This document shows, piece after piece, positions 28,219 through 37,140 of a stretch of 64,000 nt of DNA. This DNA is from Acidimicrobiia bacterium (lineage in GTDB: Bacteria; Actinomycetota; Acidimicrobiia; Spongiisociales; ZC4RG35). The notes under the pieces are model-generated. The model worked only from the letters and a program-made list of their open reading frames with translations. It was not told where the DNA came from and searched no databases. The first letter of the stretch is position 1; every line of letters begins with the position of its first letter. The position numbers were made by a program, and so were the translations under genes. Where the stretch lies: positions 20,233 through 84,232 of the forward strand of contig DASVDX010000070.1 in NCBI GenBank assembly GCA_036380875.1, in the 5' to 3' direction.

Positions 28219-29385
28219 ATGTCCTCCCGCTGGTACTTCTCGTCCGAATCGGTCACGGAGGGCCACCCCGACAAGGTGGCCGACGCCATCAGCGACGCCG
28301 TCCTCGACGACGTCCTCGCCAACGACTCACTCGGCAAGGTGGCTTGCGAGACGCTGGTCACGACCGGCCGGGTGGTGATAGCCGGCGAGCTCAACACCGA
28401 TCACCGACCTGATTTCGAGGCGATCGCCCGCCGAACGATCCGCGAACTGGGTTACGTCGAAGACGAGCACTTCTCCGCCGACGAGGTGGAGATCCTGGTC
28501 TTCGCTCACACGCAGTCACCCGACATCCACCAGGGCGTCCACCGTGGCGACATCGAGTCCTGGGGGGCGGGCGATCAGGGAATCATGTTCGGATTCGCGG
28601 TCGACGAAACCCCCGAGCTGATGCCTTTCCCGATCCAGGTGGCACACAGATTGGCAGAGCGACTGGCAGAGGTGAGGAAGCTCGGCATCCTCGACTTCCT
28701 CCGCCCCGACGGGAAGACACAGATCACTGTCGAGTACGAGGGCGGCAAACCGACGCGGGTCACGTCCGTCCTCGTGTCGGCCCATCACAAGCCCGACACG
28801 GACTCCGACATGATGGCCAAGGCGGTGTGGGACGAGGTAGTGGTGCCCACCATCCCCGAAGGAATGCTCTCGGGCGACGCCAACTACTACTTCAACCCCA
28901 CCGGCAAGTTCGAGATCGGCGGCCCCCACGCCGACACGGGCCTCACAGGGAGGAAGATCATCGTCGACACCTACGGTGGCTACGCCCGCCACGGTGGCGG
29001 CGCCTTCTCGGGAAAGGACCCCTCGAAGGTCGACCGCACGGCCGCCTACGCCGCCCGCTGGGCCGCCAAGAACATCGTCGCCGCCGGTCTCGCCGAGCGC
29101 TGTGAGCTCCAGCTCGCCTATGCGATCGGGACGCCGGAGCCGTTCTCCGTGTATGTCGACACGTTCGGGACGGCCGCCATCGATCCCGACAAGCTCACCG
29201 GCCTGGTCAGGGACTACTTCGACTTCCGCCCCGGAGCGATGATCAAGCGCCTCGATCTGCTGCGGCCCATCTACCGACCCACCGCCGCCTACGGCCATTT
29301 CGGACGGCCGGGGAGCGCCGACCAGTTCCCCTGGGAGAACACCGACGTGGCCGCCGACCTGCGGCGGGCGGCTGAGAGCCTCTGA
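28219..29385 (+). CDS. metK: S-adenosylmethionine synthetase
   Basis: SESVTEGHPDK, GAGDQG, GLTGRKIIVDTYGG, GGGAFSGKD. Confidence 0.98.
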   Translation: MSSRWYFSSESVTEGHPDKVADAISDAVLDDVLANDSLGKVACETLVTTGRVVIAGELNTDHRPDFEAIARRTIRELGYVEDEHFSADEVEILVFAHTQSPDIHQGVHRGDIESWGAGDQGIMFGFAVDETPELMPFPIQVAHRLAERLAEVRKLGILDFLRPDGKTQITVEYEGGKPTRVTSVLVSAHHKPDTDSDMMAKAVWDEVVVPTIPEGMLSGDANYYFNPTGKFEIGGPHADTGLTGRKIIVDTYGGYARHGGGAFSGKDPSKVDRTAAYAARWAAKNIVAAGLAERCELQLAYAIGTPEPFSVYVDTFGTAAIDPDKLTGLVRDYFDFRPGAMIKRLDLLRPIYRPTAAYGHFGRPGSADQFPWENTDVAADLRRAAESL

Positions 29386-31160
29386 GCACAGCAGCCCGAG
29401 TCGTCCCTGCGGTCCCGACCTTCGCCGTCGACGACGGCTTCTGGTACGCCATCCCGGAGTCTCATCGTCCCCGTGTGGAGGTCGGACGGATCGTCCGCGT
29501 CCCGCTCGGCGGACGGAGGGTGCGGGGCCACGTAGTGGAAGTGGCGGAACGCCCGACTACCGGCCTGAAGCCTATCGCCGGGGTCTCCGGTGAGCTCCCG
29601 ATCTTCGGGCCGAAGCTCCGCGACGCCCTGATCTGGGCCGCTCATTACTACGTCGCCCCCGTAGCCGTGATGCTGGAGCGGTCGGGGCCGCCGAACCTGC
29701 CGGGGCGTCCGCCCCGCCCTTCGAGCCCGGCGACAGCCTTTCACCCGCATTCACCTCATCCGCTAGACGACCTGGTCGCGGCCGTTGCCTCGGGGGGCCG
29801 CAAACCGCCGACGGTGTTGCTCACCTCCTGGGAGGACATGACGTGGCTCCCAGCTCTGAGCCCGGTGCTGGGGTCGGGAAGGTCGGCGATGATCGTCGCC
29901 GCCACCGCCGCCGAGACGCGGCTCATCGCCGAGACCGCCCGCCGTGTCCTCGGAACCGAAGTGATCGAGGTGAACGGCGAGCTCGACGACGCCACCATCA
30001 CCGAACGATGGGGGCAGGCCGCCACGACGCCGGGGCTCGTCGTCGGTACCCCGAGGATCGCCGAATGGCCGGTCGCCGGCCTCGGGCTGGCGGTCGTGAT
30101 CGAGGAGGGTCGCCGGGCGATGAAGGACCGCCAGACGCCGACCGTGGCCGTGCGGCGATTTCTCATGACGCGTGCTCGTCTGGAGGGCTTCACCCAGGTG
30201 TATGTCGGGCCGACGCCGTCGCTCGAACTACTGGCCACTGGCGCCGAGGTGATCCGTTCCGCCCCCCGGGTATGGCCACTGGTCGAGGTCGTCGATCGCA
30301 ACGAGGAGCCACCCGGTGCCGGCCTGATCTCCGCCCGGGTTCGTGCCGCCATCCGCGCCACAGTCGAAGGCGGAGGGCGAGTATTCGTCTTCACCCACCG
30401 CCGGGGATACGCACCCGCCTATCGGTGTTCCAACTGCAAGGAACTGCGCCGGTGCCCGACCTGTGGCTCCCGCCCGGATCCCGGCGAGACTTGTAGCCGC
30501 TGTGGCGCCCCGTCCCAGCCCTGCCTCCAGTGCGGCGGGGAGACGTTCGAGCCGCTCGGGGCGGGCGTGGGACGCGTGCTCCACGAGTTGCGGGGCCAGT
30601 TCGGGGACCGGGCCGGGGAGGCCGGGTCCGACGCTCCTGTGATCGTGGGGACAGAACGCGACCTCGCCGGCGTTCGCGCCGTCGATCTTGCCGTGGCTGT
30701 AGACGTCGACGGCCTGACGCTCGGCACCCACTTCCGGGCCGCCGAAGAAGCATTCCGAGTGCTCGCCCGCCTGGCGGGCCGGGTCGAGCGCGGCAGCGGG
30801 CGCCGGTTGATGTTGCAGACCACCATGCCCGACCAACCGGTCGTGACGGCCATGCGCCGAGGAGACCCGCTCGATTTCCTCCATCACGAGATGGAAGCCC
30901 GTCGTGCGATGGGCTATCCGCCGGCTTCGGAGATCCTGGTCGTGGAGGTGAGAGGAGAGGCTGACACGGTCGACAGCGATCTGCGCGCCATCGCCGGCGA
31001 CAACACCGTCCTCGGCCCCGCAGACCGGGCCGATGGCCGCCGATGGCTCGTCCAGGGCACGAATCTCGGGCAGTTCAAGAGGGACCTCCGTCCACTGGTC
31101 CAGCGTTGGCGTGACATCGGTGCCACCGTGCGCATCGACGTCGACCCGCTCGACCTCTGA
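29382..31160 (+). CDS. priA: Primosomal protein N' with degenerate helicase motifs
   Basis: VRVPLGGRRVRG, RRGYAP, four CxxC, G.GVGR; start extended to CTG 29382 (first ATG/GTG/TTG is 29475). Confidence 0.88.
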   Translation: MSTAARVVPAVPTFAVDDGFWYAIPESHRPRVEVGRIVRVPLGGRRVRGHVVEVAERPTTGLKPIAGVSGELPIFGPKLRDALIWAAHYYVAPVAVMLERSGPPNLPGRPPRPSSPATAFHPHSPHPLDDLVAAVASGGRKPPTVLLTSWEDMTWLPALSPVLGSGRSAMIVAATAAETRLIAETARRVLGTEVIEVNGELDDATITERWGQAATTPGLVVGTPRIAEWPVAGLGLAVVIEEGRRAMKDRQTPTVAVRRFLMTRARLEGFTQVYVGPTPSLELLATGAEVIRSAPRVWPLVEVVDRNEEPPGAGLISARVRAAIRATVEGGGRVFVFTHRRGYAPAYRCSNCKELRRCPTCGSRPDPGETCSRCGAPSQPCLQCGGETFEPLGAGVGRVLHELRGQFGDRAGEAGSDAPVIVGTERDLAGVRAVDLAVAVDVDGLTLGTHFRAAEEAFRVLARLAGRVERGSGRRLMLQTTMPDQPVVTAMRRGDPLDFLHHEMEARRAMGYPPASEILVVEVRGEADTVDSDLRAIAGDNTVLGPADRADGRRWLVQGTNLGQFKRDLRPLVQRWRDIGATVRIDVDPLDL

Positions 31161-31162
31161 GC

Positions 31163-32479
31163 TCAGGAGGAGAGGATCTCCGCAAGTTCCGTGAGGTCGG
31201 CGTCGGTGCTGCCGGTCGTGACCCGGATGTGGCCCTCGAACGTGGGCCGGAGCTGGAAGGGACGCCCGGGGGCGACTGCGATCCCTCGCGCCGCAAGCAT
31301 CACCAGTGCCGCCTGCTCATCGGGCACCGCCACCCACAAGTTCAGGCCATCGGAGCCCGTGGTCGTGAACCCGTGCTCCGCCATCGCCGCCGCCAGCTTC
31401 GCCCGCCGCTGCCCGTAGACCGACCGCGCCTCGGAGACCAGCCGTTCGACCTCCGGGTCCCCGAGCAATTCAGCCAGCAGGCTCTGGAGGAATCGCGACG
31501 TCCACGCCGGGCCGAGGCGGCGACGGTCGACCAGCTCGGCGAGGGCGGCCGAAGGTCCGGCGATGCTGGCGATGCGGAAGTCCGGGCCGTGCGACTTCGA
31601 GAAACTCGTTATGTGGAGAACGCGCTCCGGGAGGTGGGCTCCGATGCTGACCAGCGGAGACGACGAGATCATTCCCGAGTGGTCGTCCTCGATGACCCAG
31701 GCACCCGAACGGGCGATGACTTCCGCCAGCTCCTTGGCACGCCGCTCCGTCATCGAAACACCCGTGGGGTTCTGGGCGCGGGGCTGGATGACGACGCCGA
31801 CGGGGCGCTGCCGCAAGGCGCGGGCGAGTGAGTCGGGGACCATCCCCTCGTCGTCGATCTCGACCGGCACCGCCACTCCGCCGTGCTCTTCGATGAGGTC
31901 GAAGATCGGCGGAAAACCGGGGTCGGCCACCGCCACCCGATCACCCAGCCTCACCCGCGGCCCCAGCAGCCGGTCGAGAGCGTCCAGAGCGCCGTCGACG
32001 ACGGTGAGAGCCTCGGCGGGATACGGGAGCCGACGGCGGATCTGCTCCTCGAGCTTCGGCACCACGGGCGGGGCGATGTAGCTCGACGGATGGGGGACCT
32101 CCTTCACCCTCTCGAGCGCCGACTGGATGGGAGGAAGCAGGGCCGGATCGGGCATCCCCGTGGAGAGGTCGAGCCGGAACTCGCCGTGGCGGGAGTAGCG
32201 GAAGAAGCGGACGGCGTGGCGCCTCTCCAGGAGGGGGACGAACGACCCCGCTCGTCCGCGTGTCTCGATCATCCCCGCGTCCGCCAACTGGGCCCAGGCC
32301 CGCGAGATGGTCGCCACGCCGACTCCCAGCTCGGCGGCGATGGCTCTGACCGTCGGAAGCCGTTCGCCCGGAGCGAGAGCACCCTCGCGGATCATCCCGC
32401 TCACCGCCTCGACCACTCCGGCGACCGACCGGTCGCGAATCATGCTGGCGAGTTGGGCGGCGTCCACGGCCGGAAACAT
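31163..32479 (-). CDS. MocR/GabR-family regulator (GntR HTH + PLP aminotransferase-like domain)
   Basis: GERLPTVRAIAAELGV HTH, QNPTG, IEDD, SFSK; divergent from ABC operon; start re-picked at ATG 32479. Confidence 0.92.
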   Translation of the reverse strand: MFPAVDAAQLASMIRDRSVAGVVEAVSGMIREGALAPGERLPTVRAIAAELGVGVATISRAWAQLADAGMIETRGRAGSFVPLLERRHAVRFFRYSRHGEFRLDLSTGMPDPALLPPIQSALERVKEVPHPSSYIAPPVVPKLEEQIRRRLPYPAEALTVVDGALDALDRLLGPRVRLGDRVAVADPGFPPIFDLIEEHGGVAVPVEIDDEGMVPDSLARALRQRPVGVVIQPRAQNPTGVSMTERRAKELAEVIARSGAWVIEDDHSGMISSSPLVSIGAHLPERVLHITSFSKSHGPDFRIASIAGPSAALAELVDRRRLGPAWTSRFLQSLLAELLGDPEVERLVSEARSVYGQRRAKLAAAMAEHGFTTTGSDGLNLWVAVPDEQAALVMLAARGIAVAPGRPFQLRPTFEGHIRVTTGSTDADLTELAEILSS

Positions 32480-32486
32480 ACCTGAA

Positions 32487-32501
32487 ACAATTCGATTTTG
32501 T
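32487..32501. promoter_or_regulatory. Candidate operator ACAA-N7-TTGT
   Basis: AT-rich inverted repeat ACAATTCGATTTTGT in the divergent intergenic region. Confidence 0.45.
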
Positions 32502-32524
32502 CGTCGATCCGTCCATCGAACGCG

Positions 32525-32530
32525 TATAGT
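32525..32530 (+). promoter_or_regulatory. -10 element (TATAGT) of the ABC/pyrimidine operon
   Basis: Near-consensus hexamer 8 nt before GTG 32539. Confidence 0.6.
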
Positions 32531-32538
32531 CGACCGCC

Positions 32539-33426
32539 GTGGCAGCGGCGAGACAGTCAGGGCGGAGCGGCACCGGCCCGATGCGTCGCGTCTTCGCTTT
32601 CCTGGTCGTCCTGGCGTTGCTCGCAATCCTCTGGGAGGGCTACAAGCTCCTCGGTGCCCTCTGGGGTGGGACCTGGCCCATCCTCGGCACGGAGATGCGT
32701 CCCCGCCCCGGAGACAGCTCGATGCCCCATGTGTGGGACGTGATCGCCGCCCTCTTCGCCCCGGCCCGCCGCAACGCCGAGCCGCTGATCCTCACGCTGT
32801 TCGTGGCGACCCTCTACACGCTCCGGGAGGCGCTCGTGGGTTTCCTGGTCGGCGCGCTGGTCGGCTTCTCCATCGGGGTGGTCTTCGTGCGCTCGTTGTC
32901 GGCAGAACGAGCATTCATGCCCTACGTCGTGGCCAGTCAGACCATCCCCATCATCGCCGTGGCGCCGATGGTCGTCGTGTGGGGCCGCCAGCTCGAGCTC
33001 CCTGGCTGGACGATGGTGTCGATCATCGCCGCCTACCTGACGTTCTTCCCCGTGGCGATCAACACCGTTCGCGGCCTCCGCTCGCCGGAGGCCACCGCCA
33101 CCGAGTTGTTCGACTCGTACGCCGCCACGCCCTGGCAGCGACTGACCAAGCTCCAGATCCCATCGGCACTGCCCTACATCTTCACCGCCCTCAGGGTGTC
33201 GGCAGCTGCCTCCGTGGTCGGGGCGATCGTGGGCGAGCTGCCGGCCGGGTTCGCCGACGGCCTGGGACGCGCCCTGCTCCAGTTCAACCAGACGTTCGCG
33301 GCCGACCCCGCCAAGTTGTACGCCGCCGTGTTGATGTCCGCCCTCGGAGGGATCGTCTTCGTGGGTGCGGTGGCCTTGGCAGAGCGGCTGACTCTTCCCT
33401 CGGCTCGCCGGGAGGTGACGACCTGA
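32539..33426 (+). CDS. ABC transporter permease (SsuC/TauC-like)
   Basis: TM helices, QTIPIIAVAP, FFP...NTVRGL, KLQIPSALPYIFTALR; start could be ATG 32581. Confidence 0.9.
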   Translation: MAAARQSGRSGTGPMRRVFAFLVVLALLAILWEGYKLLGALWGGTWPILGTEMRPRPGDSSMPHVWDVIAALFAPARRNAEPLILTLFVATLYTLREALVGFLVGALVGFSIGVVFVRSLSAERAFMPYVVASQTIPIIAVAPMVVVWGRQLELPGWTMVSIIAAYLTFFPVAINTVRGLRSPEATATELFDSYAATPWQRLTKLQIPSALPYIFTALRVSAAASVVGAIVGELPAGFADGLGRALLQFNQTFAADPAKLYAAVLMSALGGIVFVGAVALAERLTLPSARREVTT

Positions 33427-34202
33427 TGGACTACATCGTCGACGCCCAAAAGCTGTCGAAGACCTTCACCGGCAGCTCAGGCACCGTGCACGCACTGGCC
33501 GACATCGACCTCCAGATCGAGCCTGGCGAGTTCGTGTCGCTGATCGGGCCTTCGGGCTGCGGCAAGTCGACACTCCTGCGGTTGATCGGCGATCTGCTCG
33601 CGCCCAGCTCGGGGACCCTAAGCGTCAACGGCAAGGATCCGCATCGAGCCCGGGTCGATGGCGACTACGGCATCGCCTTCCAGAAAGCCACCCTGCTGGA
33701 TTGGCGGACCGTTCGTCGCAACGTCGAGCTTCCCCTGGAGTTGGCCGGCGTCCCGGCCGAGGAACGGCGGTCGCGAGCCGACGAACTGCTGCAGATGGTG
33801 AACCTCGCCGAGTTCGCCGACCACTACCCGTGGCAGCTGTCGGGCGGTATGCAGCAGCGCGTGGCGATTGCCCGGGCCCTCGGTCAGCGTCCGCCGCTTC
33901 TCCTCATGGACGAGCCATTCGGCGCCCTGGACGAAATGACGCGGGAATCGATGCAGCAGGAGCTCATGCGCATATGGCGGGACACGGGCACGACTGTCGT
34001 GTTCGTCACGCATTCCATCCCCGAAGCCGTCTTCCTTTCGACGAGGGTGGTGGTCATGTCCGCCCGTCCGGGCCGCATCACGCATCGCATAACCGTGGAT
34101 CTGCCTCAGCCGCGCGACTTCGAGGTACGCGAAAGCCCTCGCTTCTTCGAGCTGATCACCGAGGTCCGCGAGGCGTTGCGCCAGAGGGAGGTGACGGTGT
34201 GA
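33426..34202 (+). CDS. ABC transporter ATP-binding protein
   Basis: GPSGCGKST, LSGGMQQR, LLMDEPFGALD, FVTH. Confidence 0.95.
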   Translation: MDYIVDAQKLSKTFTGSSGTVHALADIDLQIEPGEFVSLIGPSGCGKSTLLRLIGDLLAPSSGTLSVNGKDPHRARVDGDYGIAFQKATLLDWRTVRRNVELPLELAGVPAEERRSRADELLQMVNLAEFADHYPWQLSGGMQQRVAIARALGQRPPLLLMDEPFGALDEMTRESMQQELMRIWRDTGTTVVFVTHSIPEAVFLSTRVVVMSARPGRITHRITVDLPQPRDFEVRESPRFFELITEVREALRQREVTV

Positions 34203-34972
34203 GGTGGCTCCGCCACCGCGCCGTCGCTCCGATTCTCGCCTTCGTCGCTGTCGTCGGCCTCTGGGAGCTCGTCGTCAAGAGCCTCTCCATCGAGTCGTTC
34301 ATCCTCCCGGCGCCGTCGGCGATCTGGTCGTCCTTCGTCGGCAACGCCGCCACCATCTGGCCCTATGGGCTCCGAACGCTGGGGGAGGCGCTCGGGGGCC
34401 TCGTGATCGGCACCGTCCTCGGCGTGCTGGCGGCCGCTGCCGTGGCCCGTTGGACGACGCTGCGTCTCGGGGCGATGCCTTTCGCCGCCGCAGTCAACGC
34501 CATGCCGATCGTCGCCACCGCCCCGATCTTCAACCAGCTGTTCGGGTCGACCAACCCTGTCTCGAAGATGGCGGTGGTGGCCGTCATGGTGTTCTTCCCG
34601 GTGATGGCCAACACCACGCGGGGTCTCGCCGAAGTGGACCCGTCCGAGCTGGAGTTGATGCGGGCGATGGCCGCCTCCCCATACACGGTGCTCCGTCGGG
34701 TCCGTATACCCAACGCCCTCCCGTACTTCTTCACGGCTATGAAGGTGGCGGTGCCCCTCTCTCTGATCGGGGCGATCATCGCCGAGTACTTCGGCGGGCC
34801 CCAGAACGTGCTCGGCCAATACATCGTCAACCGGGCACAGCTGTTCCAGTTCCCCGACGCCTGGGCGGCGATCCTCGTGTCCGCCGTGCTCGGCATCGGG
34901 ATGTATCTCGTGGTTCTGGTCAGCGAGCGCCTCGTCATGCCGTGGCACGTTTCGTTGCGAGCGACGGAATGA
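34199..34972 (+). CDS. ABC transporter permease
   Basis: TM helices, FFP...NTTRGL, VRIPNALPYFF, IGAIIAEYF. Confidence 0.9.
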   Translation: MRWLRHRAVAPILAFVAVVGLWELVVKSLSIESFILPAPSAIWSSFVGNAATIWPYGLRTLGEALGGLVIGTVLGVLAAAAVARWTTLRLGAMPFAAAVNAMPIVATAPIFNQLFGSTNPVSKMAVVAVMVFFPVMANTTRGLAEVDPSELELMRAMAASPYTVLRRVRIPNALPYFFTAMKVAVPLSLIGAIIAEYFGGPQNVLGQYIVNRAQLFQFPDAWAAILVSAVLGIGMYLVVLVSERLVMPWHVSLRATE

Positions 34973-35021
34973 GGAGGGTTTCGATGGCCGGAGAGAGGCA
35001 ACAACGACCCTGGGAGGAACG

Positions 35022-36191
35022 ATGACAACGACGTATCGGCGCCTGCTGGCCCTGTTGGCTGTATTGGCGCTCTTCCTCGCCGCTTGCGGTGGCGGTGGCG
35101 AGGAAGCCGACGACACGGCCCCAGCCGATGACACCGCACCCGCCGGCACGGAGGGGGACACCGGCTCTGACGCGGAGGCGTGCGACAGCCCCGACCAGGT
35201 TCGGCTGCAGCTGCAATGGTTCGCCCAGGCGCAGTTCGCCGGCTACTACGCCGCCATCGACCAGGGGTACTACGCCGACCGGTGTCTGGAGGTCGAGATC
35301 CTCGAAGGCGGCGTCGACATCGTCCCCCAGCAGGTCCTGGCTTCCGGGGGAGCCGAGTTCGGCATCGCCTGGGTGCCGAAGGCACTCGTCTCCCGGGAAG
35401 CCGGCGCCGACATCATCAACATCGCCCAGGTGTTCGAGCGCTCCGGCACCCTGATGGTGAGCTGGGCCGAGTCGGGCATCGACTCGCCGGAGGACTGGGC
35501 CGGCAAGAAGGTCGGCAACTGGGGCTTCGGCAACGAGTACGAGCTGCTCGCTGCGATCGAGAAGTTCGACGTCCAGGACGTCGAACTCGTCGCCCAGGAC
35601 TTCACGATGACCGCTCTCCTGAACCGGGAGATCGACGCCGCCGAGGCGATGACGTACAACGAGTACGCCCAGGTCCTCGAGGCCGAGAATCCCGAGACTG
35701 GTGAGCTCTACCAGCCCGAGGACCTGACCGTCATCGACTTCAACGACGTCGGCACGGCGATGCTCCAGGACGCCATCTGGGTCAACGCCGACTGGATCGC
35801 CGAGAACGAGGACGTCGCCCAGCGGTTCCTCGAGGCGAGCTTCGAGGGATGGATCTACTGCCGCGACAACCCCGACGACTGCGTCCAGTCGGTGCTCGAC
35901 GCCGGCTCCACCCTCGGCTTGAGCCACCAGACCTGGATGATGAACGAGATCAACGCCTTGATCTGGCCGGCCAGCAACGGGATCGGGGTCATGAACGAGG
36001 ATCTGTGGAACCAGACCGTCGAAATCGCCACGACGCAGATCCCCGACCTCCAAGGCGTGGAGATCAGCCCGGACGTCTACCGCTCCGACCTGGCCGAAGC
36101 GGCGGTCGCCGCCCTCGAAGAGGACGGCCTCGACACGAGAGGCGAAGGCTGGGAGCGGGTCGAGGTGCAGCTCAGCCCGGGCGGCGAGTAG
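35022..36191 (+). CDS. ABC substrate-binding lipoprotein (NMT1/THI5-like)
   Basis: Lipobox LAAC; LQLQWFAQAQFAGYYAA...GYY; SD GGAGGA. Confidence 0.9.
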   Translation: MTTTYRRLLALLAVLALFLAACGGGGEEADDTAPADDTAPAGTEGDTGSDAEACDSPDQVRLQLQWFAQAQFAGYYAAIDQGYYADRCLEVEILEGGVDIVPQQVLASGGAEFGIAWVPKALVSREAGADIINIAQVFERSGTLMVSWAESGIDSPEDWAGKKVGNWGFGNEYELLAAIEKFDVQDVELVAQDFTMTALLNREIDAAEAMTYNEYAQVLEAENPETGELYQPEDLTVIDFNDVGTAMLQDAIWVNADWIAENEDVAQRFLEASFEGWIYCRDNPDDCVQSVLDAGSTLGLSHQTWMMNEINALIWPASNGIGVMNEDLWNQTVEIATTQIPDLQGVEISPDVYRSDLAEAAVAALEEDGLDTRGEGWERVEVQLSPGGE

Positions 36192-36205
36192 AACTCGAGG
36201 TAAGA

Positions 36206-36236
36206 GGGGTGGGGCGGCCTGGCGTCGCCCCACCCC
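36206..36236 (+). other. GC-rich intergenic stem-loop after the binding-protein gene
   Basis: GGGGTGGGGCGGC / GTCGCCCCACCCC 13-bp stem without U-tail. Confidence 0.6.
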
Positions 36237-36257
36237 CCGGGAGAGAGGAGGACGAGC

Positions 36258-37100
36258 ATGTCCAACATCGTCAGAGCGGCAATTCTCCAGACCGAGTGGA
36301 CCGGCGACAAAGAGTCGATGGTCGACAAGCACGTCAAATACGCCGAGCAGGCGGCCAACGAGGGCGCCCAGGTGATGTGCTTCCAGGAGATCTTCAACAC
36401 TCCGTACTTCTGTCAGGTGCAGGACAACGTGCACTTCGACGATGCGGAGCCGATCCCCGACGGCCCGACCATGCAGCGGATGATCCAGCTCGCCAAGGAC
36501 ACCGAGATGGTGCTGGTCGTGCCGATGTTCGAGAAGGCCGACGAGGGCTTCTACTACAACACGGCGGCCGTGATCGACGCCGACGGGACGTACCTCGGCA
36601 AATACCGCAAGACCCACATTCCCCACGTCAACGGGTTCTGGGAGAAGTTCTACTTCCGGCCCGGCAACCTCGGCTACCCGGTGTTCGACACCAAGGTCGG
36701 CCGCATCGGGGTCTACATCTGCTACGACCGCCACTTCCCCGAGGGCTGGCGCGCTCTCGGGCTCGCCGGCGCCAAGATCGTGTTCAACCCGTCGGCGACC
36801 AGCCGCGGGCTGTCCATGTACCTGTGGAAGCTGGAGCAGCCGGCCGCGGCGGTGGCCAACGAGTACTTCATCGGGGCCATCAACCGGGTCGGCAAGGAAC
36901 CGTTCGGCGACAACGACTTCTATGGGTCGTCCTACTTCGTGGACCCGCGTGGCCAGATCGTGGGCGAAGCGGCGTCCGACACGGACGAAGAACTCGTGGT
37001 GCGGGACCTCGAGATGGACATGATCGAGGAGGTTCGCCGGATCTGGGCGTTCTATCGCGACCGTCGCCCCGACGCCTACCAGTCCCTGGTGGAGCCATGA
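36258..37100 (+). CDS. Nitrilase-family amidohydrolase, probable beta-ureidopropionase
   Basis: Triad motifs CFQEIF, YRKTHIP, ICYDRHFPE; operon context. Confidence 0.88.
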   Translation: MSNIVRAAILQTEWTGDKESMVDKHVKYAEQAANEGAQVMCFQEIFNTPYFCQVQDNVHFDDAEPIPDGPTMQRMIQLAKDTEMVLVVPMFEKADEGFYYNTAAVIDADGTYLGKYRKTHIPHVNGFWEKFYFRPGNLGYPVFDTKVGRIGVYICYDRHFPEGWRALGLAGAKIVFNPSATSRGLSMYLWKLEQPAAAVANEYFIGAINRVGKEPFGDNDFYGSSYFVDPRGQIVGEAASDTDEELVVRDLEMDMIEEVRRIWAFYRDRRPDAYQSLVEP

Positions 37101-37106
37101 GATCCA

Positions 37107-37137
37107 AGTCGGAAATCGGCAGCCGGGAACCGGAAGT
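37107..37137 (+). repeat. Degenerate heptamer tandem repeat
   Basis: AGTCGGA AATCGGC AGCCGGG AACCGGA AGT. Confidence 0.7.
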
Positions 37138-37140
37138 GTC

